Below, piece by piece: positions 39,138 through 48,699 of a stretch of 64,000 nt of DNA (its first letter is position 1; each line of letters starts with the position of its first letter). Source of the DNA: Acidimicrobiia bacterium (GTDB taxonomy: Bacteria > Actinomycetota > Acidimicrobiia > Spongiisociales > UBA5794); assembly GCA_030431785.1 (NCBI GenBank), contig JAUIIM010000001.1:3323-67322 (forward strand), given 5' to 3'. The notes beneath the pieces are model-generated. The model worked only from the letters and a program-made list of their open reading frames with translations. It searched no databases and had not been told where the DNA came from. The translations under genes were made by a program, and so were the position numbers.

Positions 39138-40549
39138 GCGGTATTCGCCTTGCCCGCATCGTCGACGACCGGGTCCGTGAACTCGCGGCAGCGTTTGCCG
39201 ACGAAGGGTTCTCGCTCTACCTCGTCGGCGGTTCGGTGCGCGATGCGCTGCTCGGACGTGCAGTGTCGGACCTCGACTTCACCACCGACGCCAGACCCGA
39301 CGAGATCGAACGAATCGGTTCGGAGTGGGCGTCGAGCATCTTCACCGCAGGCAAGGAGTTCGGGACGATCGGCCTCGTCCGCGATGGTCAGACGTACGAG
39401 GTCACAACATTCCGGTCGGAGATGTATCGGGACGATTCGCGCAATCCGGTTGTTTCGTTCAGCAACAGCCTCGAAGAGGACCTGAGCCGGCGGGACTTCA
39501 CGGTCAACGCCATGGCACTGCGGATTCCGCCCGACGACGCCGAGGACCCCGAGATGATCGATCCACACGGTGGGTTGACCGATCTCACCGGTCGTCTGCT
39601 ACGGACACCCCAGGACCCCGAGGTGTTGTTCTCCGACGATCCGCTGCGCATGCTTCGCCTGTTCCGGTTCATGTCGACGTTGGAGTTCGACCCCGACCCT
39701 GAAGCGCTGGCTGCGGTCCGAGCCATGTCACCTCGCCTGTCGATCATCTCCCGTGAACGGATCAGGACCGAACTCGACAAGCTCATCGTCGGTCCCGGTG
39801 TAGTCGCCGCCCTGACAGAGCTGGTCGTCTCCGGTCTTGCGGACGAGTTCATCCCGGAGGTGCCGGCGTTGGCTGTCGAGCAGGACCCGATACACCGACA
39901 CAAGGACGTCCTGGAGCACTCGATCATCGTGACTGCCCAGGCCGACGCACATCTCGACGAGCCCCGACTCGTCGTCCGGCTTGCTGCGCTGTTGCACGAC
40001 ATCGGAAAGCCCGCGACCCGCGAGTACGTCAAGGGCGGGGTCACGTTCCACCACCACGAGGTGGTGGGTGCCCGCATGGCCCGCAAACGGTTGAAGGAGC
40101 TGCGGTATCCGAAGGACATCGTCGAGGACGTCTCCAAGCTCGTGTTCCTCCACATGCGTCCGCACACGTTCAAGATGGGATGGTCCGACTCAGCGGTTCG
40201 TCGCTATGTCCGGGACGCGTCACCATTGGTCGACGAGCTGAACAGCTTGGTCCGGGCCGATGTCACGACCGGAAATGAACGCCGCGCACGACAGATCTCC
40301 CGGCGTATCGACGAGCTGGAGGAACGGATCGAGATCCTTCAGCAGCAAGAGGAGCTCGATGCGCTCCGTCCCCCGATCGATGGAAACCAGGTGATGGAGT
40401 ACCTCGGGATTCCGCCGTCTCGCACGGTCGGCGACATCATGGACATGCTCCTTGAGCGTCGTATCGAGGAAGGCCCCTATTCGGAGGAAGATGCCTTTGC
40501 GATGCTCGACGACTGGTCCGACCGCCAGGAGCGGTCAGACCAGTCGTAG
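39134..40549 (+). CDS. cca: CCA tRNA nucleotidyltransferase / poly(A) polymerase family (HD domain)
   Basis: LYLVGGSVRDALLG, then DLDFTT, and an HD domain; ATG 39134 overlaps the rnhA stop (ATGA). Confidence 0.85.
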   Translation: MSGIRLARIVDDRVRELAAAFADEGFSLYLVGGSVRDALLGRAVSDLDFTTDARPDEIERIGSEWASSIFTAGKEFGTIGLVRDGQTYEVTTFRSEMYRDDSRNPVVSFSNSLEEDLSRRDFTVNAMALRIPPDDAEDPEMIDPHGGLTDLTGRLLRTPQDPEVLFSDDPLRMLRLFRFMSTLEFDPDPEALAAVRAMSPRLSIISRERIRTELDKLIVGPGVVAALTELVVSGLADEFIPEVPALAVEQDPIHRHKDVLEHSIIVTAQADAHLDEPRLVVRLAALLHDIGKPATREYVKGGVTFHHHEVVGARMARKRLKELRYPKDIVEDVSKLVFLHMRPHTFKMGWSDSAVRRYVRDASPLVDELNSLVRADVTTGNERRARQISRRIDELEERIEILQQQEELDALRPPIDGNQVMEYLGIPPSRTVGDIMDMLLERRIEEGPYSEEDAFAMLDDWSDRQERSDQS

Positions 40550-40550
40550 C

Positions 40551-40590
40551 TGCTGGCTGCTGGCTGCTGGCTGCTGGCTGCTGGCTTCTC
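40551..40590. repeat. heptamer tandem array GCTGCTG x5
   Basis: gctgctggctgctggctgctggctgctggctgctg, immediately after the cca stop. Confidence 0.9.
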
Positions 40591-40660
40591 TCTTGCAATC
40601 GCCGTGCGAGATCGGACCACGGCGGGCGACCAGCGGCGCGCTCAGACACCGATCGATGAT

Positions 40661-40681
40661 CCATGATCGATGATCGAGAAC
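40661..40681. repeat. GATC-rich heptamer array ATGATCS x3
   Basis: atgatccatgatcgatgatcg. Confidence 0.8.
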
Positions 40682-40682
40682 G

Positions 40683-40722
40683 TCCGACAATCCGACAATC
40701 CGATAATCCGACGATCCGACGT
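40683..40722. repeat. octamer tandem array TCCGACAA x5 (reverse complement of the TTGTCGGA family)
   Basis: tccgacaatccgacaatccgataatccgacgatccgacgt. Confidence 0.9.
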
Positions 40723-40781
40723 ACCGGGGTGGGAGCAAGGAGCTAGGAGCGCTCCCTGGCCAAGGATCGGCCTCGCCCCCA

Positions 40782-40810
40782 TATACGCATAACTCTGCTG
40801 TATGCGTATA
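40782..40810. promoter_or_regulatory. candidate ArgR operator (ARG-box-like palindrome TATACGCATA-N9-TATGCGTATA)
   Basis: Perfect 10-bp inverted arms with a 9-nt spacer overlapping the argC start region; argR is encoded in the same operon. Confidence 0.45.
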
Positions 40811-41842
40811 CTCGCTCACATGTATACAGCAGCCGTGCTCGGCGCTTCCGGGTACGGCGGTGGCGAGCTCATCAGATTCCTCGATGGACATCCGGAGTTC
40901 TCCGTGTCCGTCCTCACTGCTCACTCGAAGGCGGGACAACGCCTCGGCGATGTCCACCCACACCTTTCGGGAGGGGATCGGGAACTCGTCCCCTTCGATC
41001 CCGACGTATGTGACGTCGATGTCGCCTTCCTTGCCCTTCCCCACGGTGCCTCGTCGGGACCCGCGATGGCGCTCCTCGAACGGGGTGTGCGTGTGGTCGA
41101 CCTCGGTAGCGATTTCCGACTCGACAGCCCTGAGCGATATCTCGCTGCCTACGGAACGGAGCATCCCTATCCGGACCAGCTGGGGGCCTGGGCGTACGGG
41201 CTCCCCGAACTGTTCATCGACGACATCGTCGTCTCGGACCGGGTCGCTGCGCCCGGGTGCTACCCAACATCGGCGATCATCCCGATCGCTCCACTGATCG
41301 GTGGACTCGTCGAGACAAGAGGGATCGTGGTCGACTCGATGTCCGGAGTCTCCGGCGCAGGACGTGCGGCGACCGACGGGCTCCGATTCGGATCGATCGA
41401 CGAATCCGTCAAGGCATACAAGGTGCTCGAGCACCGCCACCAACCGGAGATGCGACAGGCGCTCTCGGCGGTTTCGGGTGCAGATGTCCGTCTTGTGTTC
41501 ACCCCCCATCTCGTTCCGATGCAGCGCGGCATCCTTTCGACCATCTACCTCACACCGACCGCCGGTACCTCGCTTGCAGATGTGCACGATGCGTTCGATG
41601 CGATGTACGAGGGTGCTTCGTTCGTCCGTCGCAGCGCCGTACCGCCGGAGACCAGGTGGGTCGTCGGATCGAACAATGCGCTCGTCTCGTACCACCTCGA
41701 TGCTGAGGAGGGTGTCCTCGTCGCTGTATGTGCAATTGACAACCTCGTGAAGGGTGCCGCCGGACAGGCGGTGCAAAGCGCGAATGTGATGTTCGGATTC
41801 GCACAAGAGACCGGACTCCCGACCGAAGGATGGATGCCGTGA
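40802..41842 (+). CDS. argC: N-acetyl-gamma-glutamyl-phosphate reductase
   Basis: AVLGASGYGGGELIR NAD-binding N-terminus; the start is more likely ATG 40820 (MYTAAVLG). Confidence 0.9.
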   Translation: MRILAHMYTAAVLGASGYGGGELIRFLDGHPEFSVSVLTAHSKAGQRLGDVHPHLSGGDRELVPFDPDVCDVDVAFLALPHGASSGPAMALLERGVRVVDLGSDFRLDSPERYLAAYGTEHPYPDQLGAWAYGLPELFIDDIVVSDRVAAPGCYPTSAIIPIAPLIGGLVETRGIVVDSMSGVSGAGRAATDGLRFGSIDESVKAYKVLEHRHQPEMRQALSAVSGADVRLVFTPHLVPMQRGILSTIYLTPTAGTSLADVHDAFDAMYEGASFVRRSAVPPETRWVVGSNNALVSYHLDAEEGVLVAVCAIDNLVKGAAGQAVQSANVMFGFAQETGLPTEGWMP

Positions 41843-42738
41843 CCGGTCACACACCACCGAGCCCAGCCAAGCCACGGATCGCCCAGACGATGGGGAAAGC
41901 AGGGATCTTCTCCGAGGCCCTGCCCTTCATCCGACGTTTCCGTGACACGACCGTGGTCATCAAGTACGGCGGTTCGGCAATGGTCGACGACGATCTTCGC
42001 GAGACGTTCGCGGACGATGTCGCGATGCTCCACTACGTGGGCATCAACCCGGTGATCGTCCACGGAGGCGGCCCCCACATCTCGGCGGCCATGGGGCAGC
42101 GAGGGATGGAGCCACAGTGGGTGGAGGGTCTCCGCGTCACCGACGAGAAGACCATGCGCGTCGTACAGAGCACACTCGTGGGGGAGATCAACCCGGACAT
42201 CGTGCGGTTGGTGAACAACCACGGCCCGGTTGCCGCTGGGATCTCCGGGCTCGACGCCAACCTGTTCATCGCCGAACCCGAGGACGAGCGACTCGGCTAT
42301 GTCGGACGGGTTGCCGAAGTGAACGCGTCGCTCGTAGAAGGTCTCCAACAGCAGGGGTACGTCCCCGTTGTCGCCCCGATCGCACGGGGCCATGCCGGTG
42401 ATACGTACAACCTCAACGCAGACACCGCTGCGGGCGCACTCGCTGCGGCGCTCGGGGCCTCCAAGCTCGTTTTCCTCACGGATGTCGAAGGGCTCTATCG
42501 GGACTTCGGCGACGACTCGTCCCTGATCTCGCGGATCTCGCCCCCGGAACTCAGAGATTTGGTCGCCTCCGGGGCTGCCTCTGCAGGCATGATCCCGAAG
42601 ATCCAGGCCTCGCTCGATGCGCTGGACAACGGTGTCAAGCAGGTCCACATCCTCGATGGTCGCATCCAACACTCGGTGTTGTTGGAGATCTTCACCCCGG
42701 AAGGAATCGGCACGATGGTCGCCGACGGTGTGACATGA
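41830..42738 (+). CDS. argB: acetylglutamate kinase
   Basis: [10 protein letters not shown] and VIVHGGGP motifs. Confidence 0.9.
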   Translation: MDAVTGHTPPSPAKPRIAQTMGKAGIFSEALPFIRRFRDTTVVIKYGGSAMVDDDLRETFADDVAMLHYVGINPVIVHGGGPHISAAMGQRGMEPQWVEGLRVTDEKTMRVVQSTLVGEINPDIVRLVNNHGPVAAGISGLDANLFIAEPEDERLGYVGRVAEVNASLVEGLQQQGYVPVVAPIARGHAGDTYNLNADTAAGALAAALGASKLVFLTDVEGLYRDFGDDSSLISRISPPELRDLVASGAASAGMIPKIQASLDALDNGVKQVHILDGRIQHSVLLEIFTPEGIGTMVADGVT

Positions 42739-43193
42739 GGGGCGACACCGGGATGCGGCGCCGCCGAATACGCGCACTGATCGGCGAGATGGACATCTCG
42801 ACCCAGGACCGTCTCCGCGACGCTCTCGGTGCCGAAGGATTCGACGTGACACAGGCGACGGTGTCGCGCGATCTGTCGGCACTCGGTGCGAGACGCGTCA
42901 AAGAGGACGGCGAGTTTGTCTACCGGATCGTTGCGGAGGAACCGGGTGCGGCTGCCGTCGCCGCCCTTCGAGACGCTTTCGAAGAGTTCGTGGAACACAC
43001 CGACATCTCAGGGAATCTCATCGTCCTGCGGGTCCCACCGGGTGCTGCTCACCTCGTGGCGAGTCGTATCGATGAAGCCCGTGTGGAAGGCGCGCTCGGA
43101 ACGGTTGCCGGGGACGACACGATCCTCGTCGTGGCCGACGAGCAGGTAGGTCCGGCAGAAGTCATCAACAGAATGCAAGGAACGAGTCGATGA
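42735..43193 (+). CDS. argR: arginine repressor
   Basis: Winged-helix N-terminus (TQATVSRDL) and a C-terminal oligomerisation domain about 150 aa long. Confidence 0.85.
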   Translation: MRGDTGMRRRRIRALIGEMDISTQDRLRDALGAEGFDVTQATVSRDLSALGARRVKEDGEFVYRIVAEEPGAAAVAALRDAFEEFVEHTDISGNLIVLRVPPGAAHLVASRIDEARVEGALGTVAGDDTILVVADEQVGPAEVINRMQGTSR

Positions 43194-44407
43194 AGAGAGA
43201 TATCAAAAAGGTGGTCCTCGCGTACAGCGGTGGACTCGACACCTCCGTGATCCTGAAGTGGATCAAGGAGGAGTACGGGGCGGAGGTCGTGGCGTACACG
43301 GCCGACGTAGGTCAGGGGGAAGAGGTCGAAGAGGCAAGGGTCAAGGCACTCGAGACCGGCGCCGTCGAGGCGATCTGTGAGGATCTCACCGAAGAGTTCG
43401 TGTCCGAGTACGTCTTCCCTGCGTTCCGGGCATCCGCGTTGTACGAGGGCTATTACCTCATGGGGACGTCACTCGCACGACCGGTCATTTCGAAGGGTCT
43501 CGTTCGCGCTGCCATCGAGACCGGTGCCGATGCCATCGCCCACGGTGCGACGGGGAAGGGCAACGACCAGGTCCGGTTCGAGTTGTCGGCCTATGCGCTG
43601 AAGCCGGACATCAAGGTGATCGCCCCGTGGAGGGAATGGGATCTGAAGGGACGCGCCGACTGTATTGCGTACGCCGAGTCGCACGGCATCCCAGTGCCGG
43701 TGACGACCGAGAAGCCGTACTCGATGGATGCGAACCTGCTCCACATCTCGTACGAGGGTGGGGTCCTCGAGGACCCGTGGAACGGTCCGCCCGCAGACAT
43801 GTTCCAGATGACCGTTGATCCGACCGATGCCCCCAATGAGCCGGAGTACGTGACGATCGGATACGAGGCCGGTGATCCGGTCTCGGTGAACGGTGTCGCG
43901 ATGTCGCCGGTCGAGATCCTCTCGACGCTCAACGAGATCGGTGGGCGTCACGGTGTCGGACGCGTGGACATCGTCGAGAACCGATTCGTCGGGATGAAGA
44001 GCCGTGGGGTGTACGAGACGCCCGGTGGAACGATCCTCTACCACGCCCATCGGGCAGTCGAATCACTCACGCTCGATCGTGAGGTCGCCCATCTCCGCGA
44101 CGAGTTGTCGAATCGCTACGCCGAGATGGTCTACAACGGCTTCTGGTTCGCACCGGAGCGGGAGGCACTTCAGCAGTTCATGGACGATCTCCAGAAGCCG
44201 GTGACCGGTGACGCTCGCATCAAGCTCTACAAGGGCCAAGCAATCGTCGATGGTCGGCGTTCGGACACTCATGCCCTCTACGACGAAGCGACCGTGACGT
44301 TCGAGGCCGATGATGTCTATAACCAAGCAGATGCAGAAGGCTTCATCAGGCTTCAGTCGCTACGTTTGCGTACCTTTGCCGAGAAGCGAATCGGAGAAGG
44401 GGAGTAG
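43190..44407 (+). CDS. argG: argininosuccinate synthase
   Basis: [15 protein letters not shown]-loop. Confidence 0.95.
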   Translation: MKRDIKKVVLAYSGGLDTSVILKWIKEEYGAEVVAYTADVGQGEEVEEARVKALETGAVEAICEDLTEEFVSEYVFPAFRASALYEGYYLMGTSLARPVISKGLVRAAIETGADAIAHGATGKGNDQVRFELSAYALKPDIKVIAPWREWDLKGRADCIAYAESHGIPVPVTTEKPYSMDANLLHISYEGGVLEDPWNGPPADMFQMTVDPTDAPNEPEYVTIGYEAGDPVSVNGVAMSPVEILSTLNEIGGRHGVGRVDIVENRFVGMKSRGVYETPGGTILYHAHRAVESLTLDREVAHLRDELSNRYAEMVYNGFWFAPEREALQQFMDDLQKPVTGDARIKLYKGQAIVDGRRSDTHALYDEATVTFEADDVYNQADAEGFIRLQSLRLRTFAEKRIGEGE

Positions 44408-44409
44408 TC

Positions 44410-45801
44410 ATGTCACTGTGGGCTGGGGGACGATTCACCGATGGGCCGGACGATGTCCTGTGGCGCTTCACCGCGGATCCCATCGATCGCCGTCTCCTGC
44501 ATGTCGATGTCCTCGGATCGATTGCCCATGTTTCGATGCTCGGCGAGCAGGGTCTTATCGACACCGATGATGCCGCGACGCTGGCTGACGGACTCCGCCA
44601 GATCGAGGTCGAGGCAGTCGAAGGCACGTTTGCGTTCCATGACTCTGATGAGGACGTCCACACCGCTGTGGAACGGCGTCTCGGTGAACTGGTCGGTGAT
44701 ATCGCCGGCAAACTCCACACGGCGCGATCGCGCAACGACCAAGTGGCGCTCGACCTTCGTCTCTATCTCATCCGCGCCACGAAACGGAACATCGACGGGC
44801 TGCTCGGTCTCATCGATGCCCTCGTGTCCAAGGCCGAGGAGGCCGGTGACATCGTGGTCCCGTCCTACACGCACCTCCAGCAGGCCCAAGCGGTGCCGCT
44901 TGCGCATCATCTCCTCGCCTATGCGTGGATGCTGGTGCGCGACGGTTCACGGTTCACCGATGCGGTGTCGCGCATTGGCATCTCTCCGCTCGGAGCAGGG
45001 GCGTCGGGTGGCTCCTCGCTCGGCATCGATCCGTCCGCGACGGCTGCGGCGCTCGGGATGAATGCTTCGTTCTCCAACTCGATGGACGCCGTCGCGTCGC
45101 GTGACGTCGCCGCTGAGTTCGTGTGGTGTTGCAGTCAGGCGATGATCCATCTGTCACGCCTCTCGGAGGACCTGATCCTCTGGGCATCGTCCGAGTTCGG
45201 CTGGGTCACGTTCGGGGATGCGTTCACCACCGGCTCGTCTGCGATGCCACAGAAGAAGAATCCGGACATCGCCGAACTGGCACGTGGGCGAGCAGCCACG
45301 GTCATCGGGGACCTCACGACGATCCTCACGCTGCAAAAGGGGCTGCCGATGACGTACAACCGGGACCTTCAGGAGGACAAGCGGCCGGTGTTCCATGCCG
45401 ATGACACCCTCAGCGGATCGCTCGAAGCCTTGACCGGGCTCATCGGTTCGGCCGAATTTCACCCGCCGGCACCGGATGCGTGGGTCACCGCCTTGGACCT
45501 CGCCGAGGTGCTGGTCGAGCGGGGAGTTCCGTTCCGCGAGGCGCACCATGTCGTGGGGAAGATCGTCTCGAGCCTCTCGGCGGACGGTGCAACGTTCGCC
45601 GATCTCGATGGTGCCGCTCTGGTCGCCTTCGATCAGCGGTTTCATCCCGACGACATCTCACGTGTCGATCCGATTGCGTCCGTCACCCACCGAGTTTCAC
45701 CGGGTGGGGCGTCGATGGAGTCAGTCGAGGGACAGATCGCAGCGTTGCGGCAGCTGCTCGCTGGTGCCGACCCCGGACGGCAGTCGGACAACGCGGTCTG
45801 A
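44410..45801 (+). CDS. argH: argininosuccinate lyase
   Basis: Fumarate-lyase signature GSSAMPQKKNPD. Confidence 0.95.
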   Translation: MSLWAGGRFTDGPDDVLWRFTADPIDRRLLHVDVLGSIAHVSMLGEQGLIDTDDAATLADGLRQIEVEAVEGTFAFHDSDEDVHTAVERRLGELVGDIAGKLHTARSRNDQVALDLRLYLIRATKRNIDGLLGLIDALVSKAEEAGDIVVPSYTHLQQAQAVPLAHHLLAYAWMLVRDGSRFTDAVSRIGISPLGAGASGGSSLGIDPSATAAALGMNASFSNSMDAVASRDVAAEFVWCCSQAMIHLSRLSEDLILWASSEFGWVTFGDAFTTGSSAMPQKKNPDIAELARGRAATVIGDLTTILTLQKGLPMTYNRDLQEDKRPVFHADDTLSGSLEALTGLIGSAEFHPPAPDAWVTALDLAEVLVERGVPFREAHHVVGKIVSSLSADGATFADLDGAALVAFDQRFHPDDISRVDPIASVTHRVSPGGASMESVEGQIAALRQLLAGADPGRQSDNAV

Positions 45802-45818
45802 GCGTCTCACTTGTTCGC

Positions 45819-46007
45819 TCAGGCGGCCTGCGGGATCACGGTCGCCGGTGCGGCACACACCGCACATGCCGCCGTGTCGCACCCGTCGACGACCTCGACG
45901 GCAAGTCCGGCGTCTTCGAACCACGCCGTGAGTGCATCGTCGGTCATCGTCGCCAGCGATTCATCGATCACTATTCCGTTCATGTCGAGGTGAGTCATCG
46001 TCATCAT
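45819..46007 (-). CDS. possible small Cys-rich protein (MMTMTHLDMNGIVIDES...DGCDTAACAVCAAP)
   Basis: C-terminal 62 codons of the 222-aa track ORF have good GC3 and a CxxxxCxxC cluster; no clear RBS. Confidence 0.3.
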   Translation of the reverse strand: MMTMTHLDMNGIVIDESLATMTDDALTAWFEDAGLAVEVVDGCDTAACAVCAAPATVIPQAA

Positions 46008-46040
46008 GTGCACAACGTATCGACAGGGTGTGACAGATTT

Positions 46041-46065
46041 GCGGCTCCGCAGGCCTGCGGAGCCG
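46041..46065. repeat. perfect hairpin GCGGCTCCGCAGG-cc-TGCGGAGCCG
   Basis: Read directly. Confidence 0.6.
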
Positions 46066-46066
46066 A

Positions 46067-46134
46067 GACCGCTCGGCTGTTGCCTCGCTTCAAGATGCAA
46101 GACCGCTCGGCTGTTGCCTCGCTCAAAGATGAGA
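46067..46134. repeat. 34-nt tandem direct repeat x2 (GACCGCTCGGCTGTTGCCTCGCTTCAAGATGCAA)
   Basis: Two adjacent copies, about 90 percent identical. Confidence 0.85.
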
Positions 46135-46166
46135 GCGGTTGATCTGAGATCGAGGGCTATCCGACC

Positions 46167-46198
46167 ATCTGACAATCTGACAATCTGACCGTCTGGCC
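46167..46198. repeat. octamer tandem array ATCTGACA x3-4 (reverse complement TGTCAGAT; variant of the TGTCGGAT family)
   Basis: atctgacaatctgacaatctgaccgtctggcc. Confidence 0.8.
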
Positions 46199-46217
46199 GT
46201 CCGTTACTCTCGGGTGC

Positions 46218-46559
46218 ATGGAATACCGCAAGTACACCGATGCAGCACCGTTCGAGTTCGGGGATCTCCAGCTCCGCGAGTTGACACCAGATGCGTTCGA
46301 CCTCGCCTCGTTCGCCGAGATCGTGGTCCCGATCGGTGCGGACCGCGAGCCTCGTGTCTCCGCAAAGACGCACCGCATCTACATCTGTTTCGTCGGGGAG
46401 ATCGAGTTCTCGGTGGACGACGCCACGATTCGCATCACTCCGGGCGACGTGCTCCATATCTCCGAAGGCGAGACCTACGGTTTCCACAACGGCGGATATC
46501 AGGAAGGCCGACTCCTGTTGATCCGTGTTCCGGGTCCATCGCTGCCGGAGAACCTCTGA
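46218..46559 (+). CDS. cupin domain protein
   Basis: Small beta-barrel cupin-like sequence (ICFVGEIEF...GDVLHISEGETYGFHN). Confidence 0.65.
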   Translation: MEYRKYTDAAPFEFGDLQLRELTPDAFDLASFAEIVVPIGADREPRVSAKTHRIYICFVGEIEFSVDDATIRITPGDVLHISEGETYGFHNGGYQEGRLLLIRVPGPSLPENL

Positions 46560-46661
46560 GCCGAGCTGTCAGGAGTGCGGTACCCATCCGCCATCAACCG
46601 GATGTCGAGTTGGGGGCGAGTCGTTCGTCGGAAGGGTGAGAACCCGCATACGAGGAGGATC

Positions 46662-47012
46662 ATGATGGGTCACTATTTGCTTTCTGTCTGGCACGAAGAC
46701 GAGTACGAGGTCGAGTTCGAGAGCGATGAGATGCAACGCATCGTCGCCCAGGTCGATGCGTTCAATCAGGAACTCGATCGTTCCGGTGCGATGGTCTACG
46801 CCAACGGACTCCAACCCGCGTCGACGGCAAAGGTGATCAAAGGCATCGACCTGTCCGTCACGGACGGACCGTTTGCCGAATCGAAAGAGCAGATGGGCGG
46901 CTTCTGGATCATCGATGCGGAGTCCCATGAAGCAGCGATGGAGTGGGCTCGCAAGGGCGCCGCAGCCTGCGAGGGTCCCGTCGAAGTCCGAGCGATGCAA
47001 GGGCCGGAGTAG
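46662..47012 (+). CDS. YciI family protein
   Basis: Start MMGHYLL with GAGGAGGA RBS; YCII-like DGPFAESKEQMGGFWII motif. Confidence 0.8.
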   Translation: MMGHYLLSVWHEDEYEVEFESDEMQRIVAQVDAFNQELDRSGAMVYANGLQPASTAKVIKGIDLSVTDGPFAESKEQMGGFWIIDAESHEAAMEWARKGAAACEGPVEVRAMQGPE

Positions 47013-47046
47013 CCGGCAGAACGCCCCCACCGGCTCGCTGTTTTCT

Positions 47047-47096
47047 GCAACCCAGAGCTAGAACGGTGAATATTCCCCAACCTAGCTCTGGGTTGC
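47047..47096. repeat. REP-like palindromic element copy 2 (inverted relative to copy 1)
   Basis: gcaacccagagctag-aacggtgaatattccccaac-ctagctctgggttgc; one mismatch versus the reverse complement of 2523..2572. Confidence 0.8.
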
Positions 47097-47097
47097 G

Positions 47098-47754
47098 TTA
47101 GACGACGACGTAGCGCCAGATCATCACGAAATGGACGGTCGAGGCGGTCACCACCATCACGTGGAACAACTCGTGATAGGAGAACACGCGTGGCCAGAGC
47201 TTCGGTCGGTTGGTGACCAGCAGGATGATGCCGACGGTGTAGATTGCCCCACCCAGCAAGGCGAGTCCTGAAGCGAGCCAGCCGAGCTCGCTGACGAACT
47301 TCCAGGCGATGGTCAGCCCAAGCCAACCCATTCCGGCCCCGAGCGCCATCGAGAACGTCTGCTCTTCCCGCGGGAAGAAGATGTGCTGGACCGCACCGAT
47401 CAACACCGCTCCCCACGCAACGGCAAGAGCGGTCCAGCGCAGCGGTCCGTCAAGCGTGACGACGATCACCGGTGTGTAGGTGCCGGCGATCAACACGATG
47501 ATCATGGTGTGATCGAGTCGCTGCATCCGGCGCTTCCAGACTTCGCGCCACGGAATCGAGTGGTACAGCGAGCTCGTCGTGTACAAGGCGATCAGTGCGA
47601 GACCGAAGACGATGACAGCGGCCCGTGTTCCCCAGTTCGGCGCATGAAAGGCGAGGAAGATCGTGCCGAGCACGGCGGCGACCGCGGCGGAGCCGTGCAG
47701 GATCCCCCGAACAGGGTTCTGCATCTTGCCCAGTGTCCACCGTTGCGTTTCCAT
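47098..47754 (-). CDS. hemolysin III / PAQR family channel protein
   Basis: Seven TM segments; conserved His positions (HSIPW; HELFH). Confidence 0.85.
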   Translation of the reverse strand: METQRWTLGKMQNPVRGILHGSAAVAAVLGTIFLAFHAPNWGTRAAVIVFGLALIALYTTSSLYHSIPWREVWKRRMQRLDHTMIIVLIAGTYTPVIVVTLDGPLRWTALAVAWGAVLIGAVQHIFFPREEQTFSMALGAGMGWLGLTIAWKFVSELGWLASGLALLGGAIYTVGIILLVTNRPKLWPRVFSYHELFHVMVVTASTVHFVMIWRYVVV

Positions 47755-47840
47755 ACCGACGCCATCGTACCTCGCCGTACCGATAGCGAGAAGAAGGCTG
47801 GGAGTCCCCTACGATTTCCTCGGCACACCACGGAGGCCCG

Positions 47841-48623
47841 ATGTCGATGAAAGACGCTGCGCTCGGTCCGATCTATCGCGTATACACCGACCGCCTGCTG
47901 CGCGACCTCGATCGCAAGGCGTTGCCCCGCCACATCGGAGTCATTCACGACGGGCACCGTCGCTACGCCCGCGCCGAGGGTCTTCCCGACTACGCAGCGT
48001 CCTACCGGGTCGGAATGGCGAAGTTCGTCGAATTCCTCGGATGGACCGCAGATCTAGAGATCGAGGCAGTGACCTGTTGGCTGCTGTCCACGGAGAACCT
48101 GAGTCGTCCCGAGGCAGAGCTGGTTCCGTACTACGACGTCCTCAAAGAGATGTTTCGTCAGATCCCGGACTCGCCTGCCGGACAGGACGTGCGGGTCCGC
48201 TTCATCGGCAGTCTCGACCTGCTCCCGCCCGACCTCGTGGAGGCTGCGAAAGAACTCGAGGAAGCGTGTGCCGAGGGATCCAGGAAGGTCACGATCGCAC
48301 TCGCATACGGGGGCCGGCAGGAGATCGTCGATGCGGTGCGCGATCTCGTTGACGACCTGACGAGCCAAGGGGTCGCGTCGTCCGACCTTGCGAGCCACAT
48401 CGATCCCGAGGCGCTGTCGTCACGGATGTATGCGTCCGACCTTCCGGATCCGGATCTCGTGCTGCGCACCTCGGGAGAGGCACGGCTCAGTGGCTTCATG
48501 CTCTGGCAGGCCGCCTACGCCGAGTACTCCTTCGTCGACGTGTACTGGCCGGCCTTCCGATACATCGACTTCCTTCGTGCCCTGCGCGACTACACGAGAA
48601 GAGAACGTCGATACGGGAAATGA
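47841..48623 (+). CDS. uppS: isoprenyl transferase (cis-prenyltransferase, UppS family)
   Basis: HIGVIHDGHRRYA and RTSGEARLSGFMLWQAAYAE motifs. Confidence 0.85.
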   Translation: MSMKDAALGPIYRVYTDRLLRDLDRKALPRHIGVIHDGHRRYARAEGLPDYAASYRVGMAKFVEFLGWTADLEIEAVTCWLLSTENLSRPEAELVPYYDVLKEMFRQIPDSPAGQDVRVRFIGSLDLLPPDLVEAAKELEEACAEGSRKVTIALAYGGRQEIVDAVRDLVDDLTSQGVASSDLASHIDPEALSSRMYASDLPDPDLVLRTSGEARLSGFMLWQAAYAEYSFVDVYWPAFRYIDFLRALRDYTRRERRYGK

Positions 48624-48699
48624 ACCGACCTGGTGGTCGGTTCATTTGACTCGCTCGGCATAGCCTCGCTTCCGATCTCCGAGCTCTGAGCGCCCGCTT

